Positions 20,837 through 29,343 of a DNA stretch of 44,077 bases are shown here, in pieces. The notes below the pieces were generated by a model. The model did no database searches. It had not been told where the DNA came from and saw only the letters and a list, made by a program, of their open reading frames with translations. The position numbers were made by a program, and so were the translations under genes. The stretch lies in IMG/VR virus record IMGVR_UViG_3300047507_000002, positions 1 through 44,077 of that record; one strand, given 5' to 3'. The stretch is from a virus (taxonomy: Duplodnaviria > Caudoviricetes). Positions within the stretch are counted from its first letter, which is position 1; each line of letters opens with the position of its first letter.

Positions 20837-20837
20837 T

Positions 20838-22286
20838 TCAACCTCGCCATGTATTAGAATAAGAAACCTTGATTCCCTGAGTCCCTGATTTATATTGAGT
20901 AAACCCGAAATTCGCCTTGCATGCAGCCATTACTAAATCGTCATGTGAGCCTTCGGCTGCCTCCATCCTACCGTTTTCGCCAATCTGGAAGGCAAAAAAC
21001 TCCTTGATTGCGGGGATATAGTGAATTTTCACCCCACTTCTTATCGCCTTCTCCATCTCTATGAGGTCTTTATCCCTTGTTCTTCCACTTTCTATATAAC
21101 CTAACTTCTCTCTTTTCTTGTCAGAGCAGTAAATCTTCCCTTTATCATATCCTAAAGCCACCAAATCACCTAAATAAGTAGTCCCGAAGGCATCGGCACC
21201 GCCGATAACTCTCGGACAGTAGTATTCTTTTAGTAATTCATGGCTCATAAAGGCAAAGGTATCGGGTAAAATCTGATTGGAATGAATCACGGCACACAAT
21301 TCTCGGCTTAAACCGTCTTTCCCCTCTATCCAGAGGACGGAATAATCTCCACCACGTCCTTCCGCCATGTCCACACCAGCGATATACTGGACTCCGACCT
21401 TCGGATGATGATAGATATGAATAACACCTTGACGAATTTCCTCTTCTTTAAGGGCTTCTTGCTGAAGTTTCTGGAGAATACCAGCGTCAAAGACTGTTCT
21501 TCCTGTAATCGGGCTTAATGCCTCTTCTTCTGTCTTGGGATAGTCTGCCTTAAACTGCCACTCTAAGTAATAGTCTCTTTTAACTCTCTCGAACCACTCA
21601 TTATTTCTACTGGGAACGGCATCACAAGGAATGAAAATTGGATAAAAGTTATTTCTCCCTGCTCTAGCCTCTCGCCAAAGTGTCTTGAAATGAGAGTCTA
21701 AAATAGTCGGGTCGGCGGTTGAAACGACAATCCCGTGTGCCCCTGCATCTATTGTGGGTTTAAGATGTGCCCAGTTTTCTTTAGCGTTAGGGTGAAACTC
21801 ATTCTCATCCCAGATTACTAACGAAGCAGTCTCACCTACTCCTGCGTATTCCGTTGAGGGTAAAGTATGAATCCGACTGTGTTTCCCCTCAAAATCAATC
21901 GAGAATACGCTATCGTGCCCTGTTTTCAGTTGAAGATACTTCGGTAACTGGCTATAAATAAACTTCGCCTTTCTTAATAACTCCGCAGCCTCAGTCTCCC
22001 CCTTGGAAATCATAATCACATTCCCGCCTGTCTTATAACACCACCAAATCGCTATTGCTGCTAGAGTCCATGAAATCCCAACCTGCTTACTTTTAAGAAC
22101 GATTATTTGAGTGTGTTCACAAATCGCCTTGATAAACTCTACTAAATGAGGCCACATCACATACTTGATAATCTGATTCGTGGTGGCATCCAAAATCTTG
22201 ACATACTCAAAGAACTTTAACGGATTAAGTATGTCTATCTTCTGGCCTATCTGCTCTATGATGGGAAGTTCTGTTTCAGTTGGCAT
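20838..22286 (-). CDS. terL: Terminase large subunit
   Basis: Walker A-like LKSKQVGIS, Walker B VIWDE, nuclease motifs GVDMAEG and HDDLVMA. Confidence 0.95.
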   Translation of the reverse strand: MPTETELPIIEQIGQKIDILNPLKFFEYVKILDATTNQIIKYVMWPHLVEFIKAICEHTQIIVLKSKQVGISWTLAAIAIWWCYKTGGNVIMISKGETEAAELLRKAKFIYSQLPKYLQLKTGHDSVFSIDFEGKHSRIHTLPSTEYAGVGETASLVIWDENEFHPNAKENWAHLKPTIDAGAHGIVVSTADPTILDSHFKTLWREARAGRNNFYPIFIPCDAVPSRNNEWFERVKRDYYLEWQFKADYPKTEEEALSPITGRTVFDAGILQKLQQEALKEEEIRQGVIHIYHHPKVGVQYIAGVDMAEGRGGDYSVLWIEGKDGLSRELCAVIHSNQILPDTFAFMSHELLKEYYCPRVIGGADAFGTTYLGDLVALGYDKGKIYCSDKKREKLGYIESGRTRDKDLIEMEKAIRSGVKIHYIPAIKEFFAFQIGENGRMEAAEGSHDDLVMAACKANFGFTQYKSGTQGIKVSYSNTWRG

Positions 22287-22389
22287 TGCTTACCTATTAT
22301 AGAAAAAAGACCAATCAACCTTTAACTGCATTACTCTCCACGTATTCGCCCTTAAATATACAAATGGCGTCTTGAATAAAATCACTAAT

Positions 22390-22635
22390 CTAAAATATGC
22401 TTTTATATTTTCCATCTTGTTGAAGGAATCCATAATTGTGCCGCCTCAGTTGTCCCGTTGCTCGACTATCCCTAAACCAACCAAGTTCCCATATATTCCC
22501 CTTTATGTGGTGGAATCGCCAAATGTGAACCAAACCACAATCACAACAAGCGTCACTAATAACGGTTCTGCCTAAATCTATCCTTATCATTGCCCCATTC
22601 TTAAACTTTGGATATTTAGTTCGATTTGTTGCCAT
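22390..22635 (-). CDS. Small Cys/His metal-binding phage protein
   Basis: ACCDCGLVH motif; GAGG SD. Confidence 0.7.
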   Translation of the reverse strand: MATNRTKYPKFKNGAMIRIDLGRTVISDACCDCGLVHIWRFHHIKGNIWELGWFRDSRATGQLRRHNYGFLQQDGKYKSIF

Positions 22636-22654
22636 ATATGCTTTGTACCTCTTT

Positions 22655-22733
22655 GGGCAGGGCTGGTGTGCTTACTCACGCCATTTGACGGAGTGTGCTG
22701 AGACTTTTTTCCCGCCAGTCTTGCACCCTGCCT
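22655..22733 (-). ncRNA. Candidate structured RNA, three-way junction (copy A)
   Basis: Stems GGCAGGGT/GCCCTGCC, AGACT/AGTCT and TGG-GTG/CAC-CCA; homologous to 30193-30262. Confidence 0.55.
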
Positions 22734-22762
22734 TTAAAACGACTACCTGTCACTCAATTTAT

Positions 22763-22834
22763 TTGCGGGTCTGGGGGTTGAACCCAGTCCTCTAGTTTAT
22801 GAGACTAGCAACTTAACCGTTTGCCCTACCCGCT
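22763..22834 (-). tRNA. tRNA with CAT anticodon (Met/fMet-like or Ile2), atypical
   Basis: AGCGGGT...CTAGT-CTCATAA-ACTAG...CTGGG-TTCAACC-CCCAG-ACCCGCA-A; no encoded CCA. Confidence 0.85.
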
Positions 22835-22937
22835 ATACCTTTCAAACGGTAAATGATTTCCTACATCTTTAGCTTTGACGGTACCTTTTATTGCCCAAAA
22901 GGTTGGTTTTGTCGGCGGAAGAATCAAGTCTCTTTGC

Positions 22938-23246
22938 CTACCCCTTTGGATTTTGGGGTCTGTGTTTCCAGCACCAAGCAGCAAAACCCACCCTGAACCA
23001 ATGATAGCCCCAGATAAGTCCACCTATTAGAATATTAAAGGGCATAGGAGCCATGAGTAATCTATTTTTAGGTAAGTCAGCATACGCAACACCATACCCT
23101 CTAGGATATTGAATCATCTCTGCTTCATGGTAATCAGACCAAAACAGGAATGGCCTTTTAGGAAGAACAAATTCTATCCTGACTTTATCCCCAACCTGTT
23201 CATCCTTCTTTGTGCATATCGGATAATATACTGATACCTCTAACAT
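22938..23246 (-). CDS. Hypothetical protein
   Basis: 102 aa; AGGAGG SD; hydrophobic C-terminal part. Confidence 0.7.
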   Translation of the reverse strand: MLEVSVYYPICTKKDEQVGDKVRIEFVLPKRPFLFWSDYHEAEMIQYPRGYGVAYADLPKNRLLMAPMPFNILIGGLIWGYHWFRVGFAAWCWKHRPQNPKG

Positions 23247-23361
23247 TCGCCTCCTTACTTTACATAATTACTATTTCTAATTCTGGGGTTGGCGTTTTGT
23301 AAACGAGGTTCGCTATATATCGTTGTTGTTGTTTTTATTGGTATGGTATTCATTGTTGATA

Positions 23362-23451
23362 TTAAAGAAGCCAGCGAAGGAAAAGAATCAAGCCATAGAT
23401 AGCAGAGACGCAGAGGCAGAGCATAAGAATAGCTATAATGATTCTCTTCAT
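23362..23451 (-). CDS. Putative 29-aa membrane peptide
   Basis: MKRIIIAILMLCLCVSAIYGLILFLRWLL; ATGA overlap with the TerS stop; below the ORF-track cutoff. Confidence 0.45.
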   Translation of the reverse strand: MKRIIIAILMLCLCVSAIYGLILFLRWLL

Positions 23452-23810
23452 TCGATTGTCCTGACCTCGCCCTCTATCACCTTGGGAAGCAAGGCTCTAT
23501 TGGCTATCTGGAACCGTTCTATTAGAAGGTCTATCTGGTCTGCACTCAACTGTATTGTCTGTGTTACATCAAGGCTAACTGATTGCACAGGCTTGCCCAG
23601 TCTCCTATTAAGCAGCTCAATTGCACTCTGTAAGGCTACTGTGTCGGCTGTATAGAGTCCAGTAGGTTCGTTACAATGAGGACAGATAACTTGCTTACCT
23701 TTAGACCACTCCTGAAGGTTGTGGATGATTTGTTCAATGTTAATATCCTGTATTGCATCTCTTAACTGTCTACCAGGCTTCTTTTTTCTACCAGAGCCTA
23801 TACCACCCAT
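23448..23810 (-). CDS. Terminase small subunit-like protein
   Basis: N-terminal GGIGSGRKKK and AIELLNRRLGKPVQSV motifs; upstream of TerL; contains a CPHC insert. Confidence 0.65.
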   Translation of the reverse strand: MGGIGSGRKKKPGRQLRDAIQDINIEQIIHNLQEWSKGKQVICPHCNEPTGLYTADTVALQSAIELLNRRLGKPVQSVSLDVTQTIQLSADQIDLLIERFQIANRALLPKVIEGEVRTIE

Positions 23811-23934
23811 GTATAACTATCCTTTATATATATAATAAAATAATTCATTAGATATATATAATTAATTAATAAGGATTAATAAATTAAAGGGCACACTATA
23901 ATTATATAATAAATATAAATAATAATAAAGAATA

Positions 23935-24093
23935 CTATTTCTTCCTTTTAACTCTTTTTGGTAGTCCTTTAGGAGACTGACCTTTAACATACTCGCAAGC
24001 TACCTTCTTAGACGGTAAGCCTTTACGTCTTTTAATACCACCCGTGCAGACTCCCTTCATAAGTTTGAATTGTTGTTTTGACTTCGCAGGCAT
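23935..24093 (-). CDS. Small basic protein (MPAKSK, DUF3008-like)
   Basis: MPAKSKQQFKLMKG...KGLPKRVKRKK, 52 aa; TAATG coupling to the upstream gene; not in the ORF track. Confidence 0.7.
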   Translation of the reverse strand: MPAKSKQQFKLMKGVCTGGIKRRKGLPSKKVACEYVKGQSPKGLPKRVKRKK

Positions 24094-24329
24094 TATTTCC
24101 TCTTCCTACCAGCAGCAGACATTTGAGCCATCTTCTTGGTACCGTATTTCTTACGACCTATAGTAGCAGCCACCGCAGCAGGATTCCTTGCTCCACGTTT
24201 AGCAATCGCCTTTGTTAAAGTCTTGAACCGCCCACCTTGCCCTAACGGTGCTGGCGTGCCTTTGATAACATAGCTTGAACCTTTTGTTTTTTGCGCTCTC
24301 GCCGATGTTCTTTTTACTACTCTTTGCAT
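24093..24329 (-). CDS. Small highly basic phage protein
   Basis: GGRFK...NPAAVAATIGRKKYG...AAGRKRK; GAGGTG SD. Confidence 0.8.
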   Translation of the reverse strand: MQRVVKRTSARAQKTKGSSYVIKGTPAPLGQGGRFKTLTKAIAKRGARNPAAVAATIGRKKYGTKKMAQMSAAGRKRK

Positions 24330-24408
24330 AGTTTCACCTCACATTTTATATCTAATTAGGAATTTTGTTCTAATTTTATCCTTGAAGCTAATTGAAACAC
24401 TTGTTCTA

Positions 24409-24437
24409 TTGACAAGTTAGAGAGAGAGATTTAGACT
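24409..24437 (+). promoter_or_regulatory. sigma70-type promoter of the rightward early cassette
   Basis: TTGACA-N17-TAGACT. Confidence 0.8.
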
Positions 24438-24443
24438 TAAGCA

Positions 24444-24454
24444 GTTCTTTAACA
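24444..24454 (+). promoter_or_regulatory. boxA-like antitermination element
   Basis: GTTCTTTAACA at the predicted transcription start (rrn boxA consensus TGCTCTTTAACA). Confidence 0.65.
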
Positions 24455-24503
24455 ACTGAATATAGCAGGCGAGGCAGGCAGGGTAAAAGGAGATAAGACC
24501 GAG

Positions 24504-24701
24504 ATGGCAAACTTAGCAAATTTAGTAAAAGCGTTCCGAACTAATGTCCGAGAAGGCAACCCTTGTGAGATGAGATTTGATGGTGAGACCATCCAGCTCT
24601 ACCCTCTATTAAAACCCAATCATTCTGAAAACGACATTGGGGTTTGGAATAGAACTCGTGTGGGAATGGTAACAAAGCCTAGTAGTCCCAGAAAAAGCTA
24701 A
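24504..24701 (+). CDS. Hypothetical early protein (enclosed by an inverted repeat)
   Basis: 65 aa; AAGGAG SD; first gene after the promoter. Confidence 0.7.
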   Translation: MANLANLVKAFRTNVREGNPCEMRFDGETIQLYPLLKPNHSENDIGVWNRTRVGMVTKPSSPRKS

Positions 24702-24799
24702 GCCCCTAACAGCCCTGACCTCGCCCTCTATATCCAGAGGTTAAGAATACTCATAAGACCGAAGCGAGTCCAGCTCGGCAGAGTAAGGGAGAAAGGAAA

Positions 24800-24997
24800 A
24801 TGGAATCTATAAGAACTCTTAACAAGCTTCTCAGAGAAAACGGGTTAAGCGAGAATACAGAGGTAACACGCTACAAGGGCAAATATCATTTACTGCACAT
24901 TTGCGGAAATGGTGTACCCGTTCCCCTAATAATCAGCACAGACATCAAGGAAATCAAAGACCATATTGAAATATATCTTTTAGAGAAGTCAAAATAG
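24800..24997 (+). CDS. Hypothetical early protein
   Basis: 65 aa; purine-rich SD. Confidence 0.7.
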   Translation: MESIRTLNKLLRENGLSENTEVTRYKGKYHLLHICGNGVPVPLIISTDIKEIKDHIEIYLLEKSK

Positions 24998-25065
24998 CTA
25001 TAGAGCGGGTTTGAAACCACGCTTCCTCTAGCACATAGCCAATAAGATAAAAGGAGGGAAAGGAA

Positions 25066-25269
25066 ATGACAATAGAAACTCAAGGAAAGCCAAATTGTCA
25101 ACTCACGGGTGAAGACGGGAATGTGTTTGGCCTAGTTGGTAAGGTATCCAAGACGCTCAAACGAGCAGGACAACCAGACAAGGCAAAGGAAATGGCGGAC
25201 AGAGTATGTAAGTCTGGCAGTTATGCCGAAGCAATCGCCATAATGGGCGAATATGTAGAAATCTCATAA
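25066..25269 (+). CDS. Conserved small phage early protein
   Basis: KPNCQLTGEDGNVFGLVGKV...SGSYAEAIAIMGEYVEI, a recurrent phage/MGE family; AGGAGG SD. Confidence 0.8.
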   Translation: MTIETQGKPNCQLTGEDGNVFGLVGKVSKTLKRAGQPDKAKEMADRVCKSGSYAEAIAIMGEYVEIS

Positions 25270-25309
25270 GTCCTGACCTTCATGGCAGGCTGAGAAGAAG
25301 AGGAAACAG

Positions 25310-25624
25310 ATGAAAATTAAAAGTACATTACAACAGTATGGAACAGGAAGGGGATGGTTTATTACCTGCCCCAAGTGTAATACAAAGTTTGTAAGTAACA
25401 AGAAAGGGGTTTTCCGTTGCAATGGCATGGAATATAAAGACTGCCCATTTTGCAATGATAAGCCAGAACTTACAACAAGGGGGTTCAAAATGTTATGCAA
25501 GCTCTACTCACCCATCTGCGCATCAAATGACGAAGTCCAACGCTATTACAATGGCGATAAACAATGGACTGTCTGGACTTTTTCTGGCATAAAAGGCGAG
25601 TATCACAAGAAGGAGGAGAAATGA
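25310..25624 (+). CDS. Zn-ribbon protein
   Basis: CPKC and CPFC motifs. Confidence 0.7.
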   Translation: MKIKSTLQQYGTGRGWFITCPKCNTKFVSNKKGVFRCNGMEYKDCPFCNDKPELTTRGFKMLCKLYSPICASNDEVQRYYNGDKQWTVWTFSGIKGEYHKKEEK

Positions 25625-25800
25625 AATGTTGGGAATGTAAGAGACAAACAAACACAGCTGGTCGGGTTTGCTATACCGATGGCAGAGAAGAAAAGGTTAG
25701 GGATGTTTGCCCTAGCTGTCTAAATCTTCTCACTCTCAATCCTTGCCATTATGCCGAAGTTAAAACGATAACCCAAAGACAGATAAAGGGGAGGGTATAA
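25621..25800 (+). CDS. Small Zn-finger protein
   Basis: MKCWEC...CPSC; GGAGGAG SD before ATG 25621. Confidence 0.7.
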   Translation: MKCWECKRQTNTAGRVCYTDGREEKVRDVCPSCLNLLTLNPCHYAEVKTITQRQIKGRV

Positions 25801-25973
25801 TGAATGACTTTATAGGTTCATTTGAGGCTTTCTTAAAGAAAGAAAACCCTAATGTTTGCCTCACTTGTTGGGGAGAGGGTAGATTAATAGAGGTGTTACC
25901 AATAACGGGATTTAGACATGACATCGAGTGTCCTGCCTGTAAGGGGACCGGAAATATAAAGGAGGTCAAATGA
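25800..25973 (+). CDS. Small DnaJ-type Zn-finger protein
   Basis: CLTCWGEG...CPACKGTG, 57 aa, coupled to both neighbours; not in the ORF track. Confidence 0.7.
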   Translation: MNDFIGSFEAFLKKENPNVCLTCWGEGRLIEVLPITGFRHDIECPACKGTGNIKEVK

Positions 25974-26164
25974 ACAAAGAAGAAATATCTAAACTGTTAA
26001 AGCTCCCGTTTCCCGAACTGGCAAGGATATGCCAGAGTCCTGAGACTTTAGCAAGTGTGTTAAGCCTCGCTATTAAGATAGGGATAGGTTTAGGTCAGAA
26101 GAAAACTTGCGAAGATTATGGCAAGGCGTTCAGAGGATATACTAAAATCTTATTGAGTAATTAA
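25970..26164 (+). CDS. Hypothetical protein
   Basis: 64 aa; AGGAGG SD. Confidence 0.7.
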   Translation: MNKEEISKLLKLPFPELARICQSPETLASVLSLAIKIGIGLGQKKTCEDYGKAFRGYTKILLSN

Positions 26165-26171
26165 AGGAGGT

Positions 26172-26510
26172 ATGAATATGTATACAAAAGGAGAATGGAA
26201 GAGTAGGGAGGAAAGAGATGGGTTGGCTGCCGAGGTAATAGAGAATGATAAGGGTGTATCAATAGCCTTAATCTTATCCCTTGATGATTCTATGAAGCCC
26301 TTGCCACCAGATGAGGTTAAGGCCAATGCTCACCTAATCGCAGCAGCACCAGAGAATTACGAGATGAACTCGGAAACCCTAAGGCTGTATAGATATTTAA
26401 GAGACTACGAAGAGGCATTATGGAATCAATTAATAGATGTTTGCCCTGGCATAATAGACCATTGGGATAGGATTAAGAAGGCTCTAGCCAAAGCCGAAGG
26501 CAAAGAATGA
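26172..26510 (+). CDS. Hypothetical phage protein (ANAHLIAAAPE family)
   Basis: YTKGEW...ANAHLIAAAPE...ALAKAEG motif widespread in phage early genes. Confidence 0.8.
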   Translation: MNMYTKGEWKSREERDGLAAEVIENDKGVSIALILSLDDSMKPLPPDEVKANAHLIAAAPENYEMNSETLRLYRYLRDYEEALWNQLIDVCPGIIDHWDRIKKALAKAEGKE

Positions 26511-26592
26511 TAATCTTAATACTAAGTCTAGCATTCGGGTTCGGTGTAGCTTTCGGTATTATGCAATACTGGGAACGCTGAAAGGAGGGAAA

Positions 26593-26823
26593 ATGAAAAG
26601 TATTACCAAAGATGATTTTCTTATCAAGACCACTCCAGCTTCTAATGCTGTCCTCTACTGGAAACATAATAGACAACGAATCCAACTTTTCAAAAGTGGA
26701 GACCCCATCAAGCGAGCAATTAAATTCAGGGATTGGTTAATTAGATGGTATGCTCACGAGAACTACAAAATGGATTCACAGAGGCATATCTATCAAGACC
26801 AAGTCAAAACAGGAGGGGATTAA
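26593..26823 (+). CDS. Hypothetical protein
   Basis: 76 aa; AGGAGG SD. Confidence 0.7.
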   Translation: MKSITKDDFLIKTTPASNAVLYWKHNRQRIQLFKSGDPIKRAIKFRDWLIRWYAHENYKMDSQRHIYQDQVKTGGD

Positions 26824-26833
26824 CTGCCCCTCT
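26812..26833. terminator. Hairpin at the convergence of two operons
   Basis: GAGGGG-N8-CCCCTC between converging genes; weak U-tracts. Confidence 0.45.
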
Positions 26834-26848
26834 TCGTTATCACCTTCA

Positions 26849-27103
26849 TCATCTTGATTCCTTAATGTTTTGCCATACCCACCACGTTATTAATACCCCA
26901 ATCGTGGAGAATATGACTAGCAGTGTCATCGAAACCGCAAAAACGAATACCCGCCCTTTGTCGTAAACTAACGCCACGTAAAAAGCCAATGGCGTTGATA
27001 TTGCCACCAAGATTACATCTACTAGCTTTATCAGCAACCATTTGCGAGTTTTCTTGTCTCGCCATGTTGCTTGGAGGCTCTTGAGTATGTGGAGGCTCAT
27101 CAT
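26849..27103 (-). CDS. Two-TM membrane protein (holin-like candidate)
   Basis: Two hydrophobic helices, basic N-terminus; GGAGG SD. Confidence 0.55.
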   Translation of the reverse strand: MMSLHILKSLQATWRDKKTRKWLLIKLVDVILVAISTPLAFYVALVYDKGRVFVFAVSMTLLVIFSTIGVLITWWVWQNIKESR

Positions 27104-27290
27104 TAACCTCCGTTAGTTCATTATACATTTTTAGGTTTGCCTCTTCTGTATTTGCGGTGTTTATGGGGAATTTCGTTATAACTACACTGGCTACCAAGTC
27201 GTAACTGTAAATTGTTAAGGCGAGGCATTGAATACATCGCCATTAAAGCTGATATTGTATAGAATGTTGAGATATTCATCGCAGTATTAT

Positions 27291-27539
27291 TTACTCTGAT
27301 TGCAGTATTAAGTACCTCCAGAGTGATTCGGTCATAGTCCAATCAGTACACCAATAATCACCATAGTCAAACCACGCTGCTAAAGGGAAATACTCAGCAG
27401 GTTTATCTTCCACAATCTCATACTTTATACCTTCGGGAGGGTAAGTTTTTATCTTTGCTGTTGAATGTCTCCTCCGAATGGCTAATATTAGAAGTCCTGT
27501 TAAAATTCCTAGAAGAAAACCAAGCAAGTAACTAAACAT
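27291..27539 (-). CDS. N-terminally anchored membrane protein
   Basis: Hydrophobic N-terminus followed by RRRH; GGAGG SD. Confidence 0.6.
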   Translation of the reverse strand: MFSYLLGFLLGILTGLLILAIRRRHSTAKIKTYPPEGIKYEIVEDKPAEYFPLAAWFDYGDYWCTDWTMTESLWRYLILQSE

Positions 27540-27623
27540 TTATCCTCCCTTTTTAAGGCACGCATACAGGACACCCGCATCCTTTTAAGACAATCACACA
27601 GATAGTCAATAGACACAGCCATA

Positions 27624-28445
27624 CTATGAAGAAAGCCTTTTCTTTATCTTCCATAATATCGCCACAGGCCAGAATGAACAGCCAGGATTCCCTTCACCCC
27701 TGCCTTCTGTTATCTCGTCTAGGAAAGCATCGAGTTTCACCACGTCTATCGGAGAATCGCCAACCCAATCATCTTTATTGTCCACGATTCCATACGCCTC
27801 ATCTACTCTATCATCCCAAAACGCCCAAGTCAATCTCTGTCGTTTCCCCCATGTCATACAGGTTATACCATATTCGTCATAAGCGTAGGCATGAAGATAA
27901 ACTCCATGTCCGCCTAGTAAATTACCACTATAAGGCATTATATCCCATACTTCGCCAGCCTTGAACTGCTCCATGTCCCGTTCATAAACCTTCATCCCGA
28001 AGTTCACTCCACCGAGTAAATGAATACAATGCTTCACTTCGTCGTGGTCTTTCCAGTCCACCGAAGCAAAGGCATAAATTGTATAAGCCTTACCACCGAT
28101 TAGCCAGCCATCATTACGCCACGCCTTTAGGCTATTAAGAAGATACAAACCACTATCGGCTCCGCCCGATTCCTTGAAGTATTCGTCAACAACTTCTTGG
28201 TCTGTAATCGGAATCTGCCAACCTTGCTCGAACGCTTCAAACCTCAGGGTGTGATGTCCCCTAGCAGCAATAACACAATCTCCATACTGGTCATTGCCAT
28301 ACATAAAGTTATCCTCTACCCCTAGAACCTCATCTAAGTCATAGATAGTAGGCAACTCAGGGAGTAATTCCTTTCTGAGAATAGCTTTAAGAGGGATTGT
28401 TCTTTTATCTATTACCGCAGGCAGTTTTCCTAGTTTTAATTCCAT
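27624..28445 (-). CDS. Papain-like (C1-type) cysteine peptidase
   Basis: GNDQYGDC (catalytic Cys), GGHGV (His), TWG motif. Confidence 0.75.
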   Translation of the reverse strand: MELKLGKLPAVIDKRTIPLKAILRKELLPELPTIYDLDEVLGVEDNFMYGNDQYGDCVIAARGHHTLRFEAFEQGWQIPITDQEVVDEYFKESGGADSGLYLLNSLKAWRNDGWLIGGKAYTIYAFASVDWKDHDEVKHCIHLLGGVNFGMKVYERDMEQFKAGEVWDIMPYSGNLLGGHGVYLHAYAYDEYGITCMTWGKRQRLTWAFWDDRVDEAYGIVDNKDDWVGDSPIDVVKLDAFLDEITEGRGEGNPGCSFWPVAILWKIKKRLSS

Positions 28446-28446
28446 A

Positions 28447-28743
28447 TTACCTCGCTACTAACAGAATAATCGCACCTATGAACGCACCAAGTATGAAATC
28501 CCAGAAGTCTAAATATCCTTCATCATCTTTTCTATTCCAACTTATATTCCAGTGCATATAGAGTATAAAGTTCACAATGGATTGCCACAGTTCAAACAGT
28601 CCGAAGGCTATGAATAGAGTTATAGAAAGTCCTGAATAATGAGGATATAGAAGAGCACAGATTAAACCGCCAGAAATGTGCCAGGGAACAGTAAACTTCC
28701 GTGTAAAATGTTCCCCAGCCCACTTCCATAGGTCATTTAACAT
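28447..28743 (-). CDS. Small membrane protein
   Basis: 98 aa, about 3 hydrophobic segments; WHISGG...FELWQ...DFWDF. Confidence 0.7.
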   Translation of the reverse strand: MLNDLWKWAGEHFTRKFTVPWHISGGLICALLYPHYSGLSITLFIAFGLFELWQSIVNFILYMHWNISWNRKDDEGYLDFWDFILGAFIGAIILLVAR

Positions 28744-29138
28744 TAGAACACCGCCTTAATCACTCCTGGTGAAGCAGCACGTAACTTTTCTTCTTCGTTA
28801 AAACTCGGTGGTGCAATGACAGCACTAGTTAGGCCAACTGTCCAATCAATCAACGTGCTGGATGGTACAAAGCGAACCAGTAACCCCACATCAAAGGCCT
28901 TTGCCAAGTCTTTTAGCGTATTCAATGTATACTTACCATAGTTTGGGTTTTCCCATGATGAAACTAAGGGCTGTTTCACACCCAATAACTGGGCAAGCTC
29001 AGACTGCTTTAGGTTCTGTCGATTTCGAAGCGAACGAATCTGGAAAGCAATACCTACGTTAATATGCTCGTCAATAAACTGTTCACGGAAATCTTTGTCT
29101 CTCAAGTTTTCCCACATTTGTTCCTGTTTAGAGTTCAT
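28743..29138 (-). CDS. XRE-family HTH protein (HigA-antitoxin-like)
   Basis: IAFQIRSLRNRQNLKQSELAQLLGVKQPLVSSWENPNYG...TLKDLAKAFDV. Confidence 0.85.
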   Translation of the reverse strand: MNSKQEQMWENLRDKDFREQFIDEHINVGIAFQIRSLRNRQNLKQSELAQLLGVKQPLVSSWENPNYGKYTLNTLKDLAKAFDVGLLVRFVPSSTLIDWTVGLTSAVIAPPSFNEEEKLRAASPGVIKAVF

Positions 29139-29149
29139 GCTCCCTCCTA

Positions 29150-29326
29150 GCTTTTTCTAAGAAGCTGGAAAACCACGAATACGCTTTGGCTCTTTATTTC
29201 ATGCATTATAACTTCGCTCGGCCACATAAGACTTTATCTAATCCTTATCCAAAATCACCGGCAATGGCAGCAGGATTAACTAATCACGTTTGGACGATTG
29301 AAGAAATTGTAAGATTGGCTGAGTGA
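29150..29326 (+). pseudogene. C-terminal remnant of an IS1-family transposase
   Basis: Translates AFSKKLENHEYALALYFMHYNFARPHKTL...SPAMAAGLTNHVWTIEEIV*, the characteristic IS1-family C-terminus; the N-terminal and catalytic parts are absent. Confidence 0.8.
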
Positions 29327-29335
29327 GATTAGAAT
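29307..29335 (+). promoter_or_regulatory. Putative sigma70 promoter for the downstream tRNA
   Basis: TTGTAA-N17-TAGAAT ending 8 nt before the tRNA. Confidence 0.6.
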
Positions 29336-29343
29336 ATAAATAC

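Noticed and set aside
22655-22762. Theta (HDV-like) ribozyme after the tRNA
   Set aside because: The element starts 30 nt from the tRNA end and I could not build the nested double pseudoknot; it is kept as an unknown motif.
26862-27342. ORFs 26862-27197 and 27121-27342
   Set aside because: They overlap better-supported genes or lack a clear SD and motifs, so coding status is unresolved.
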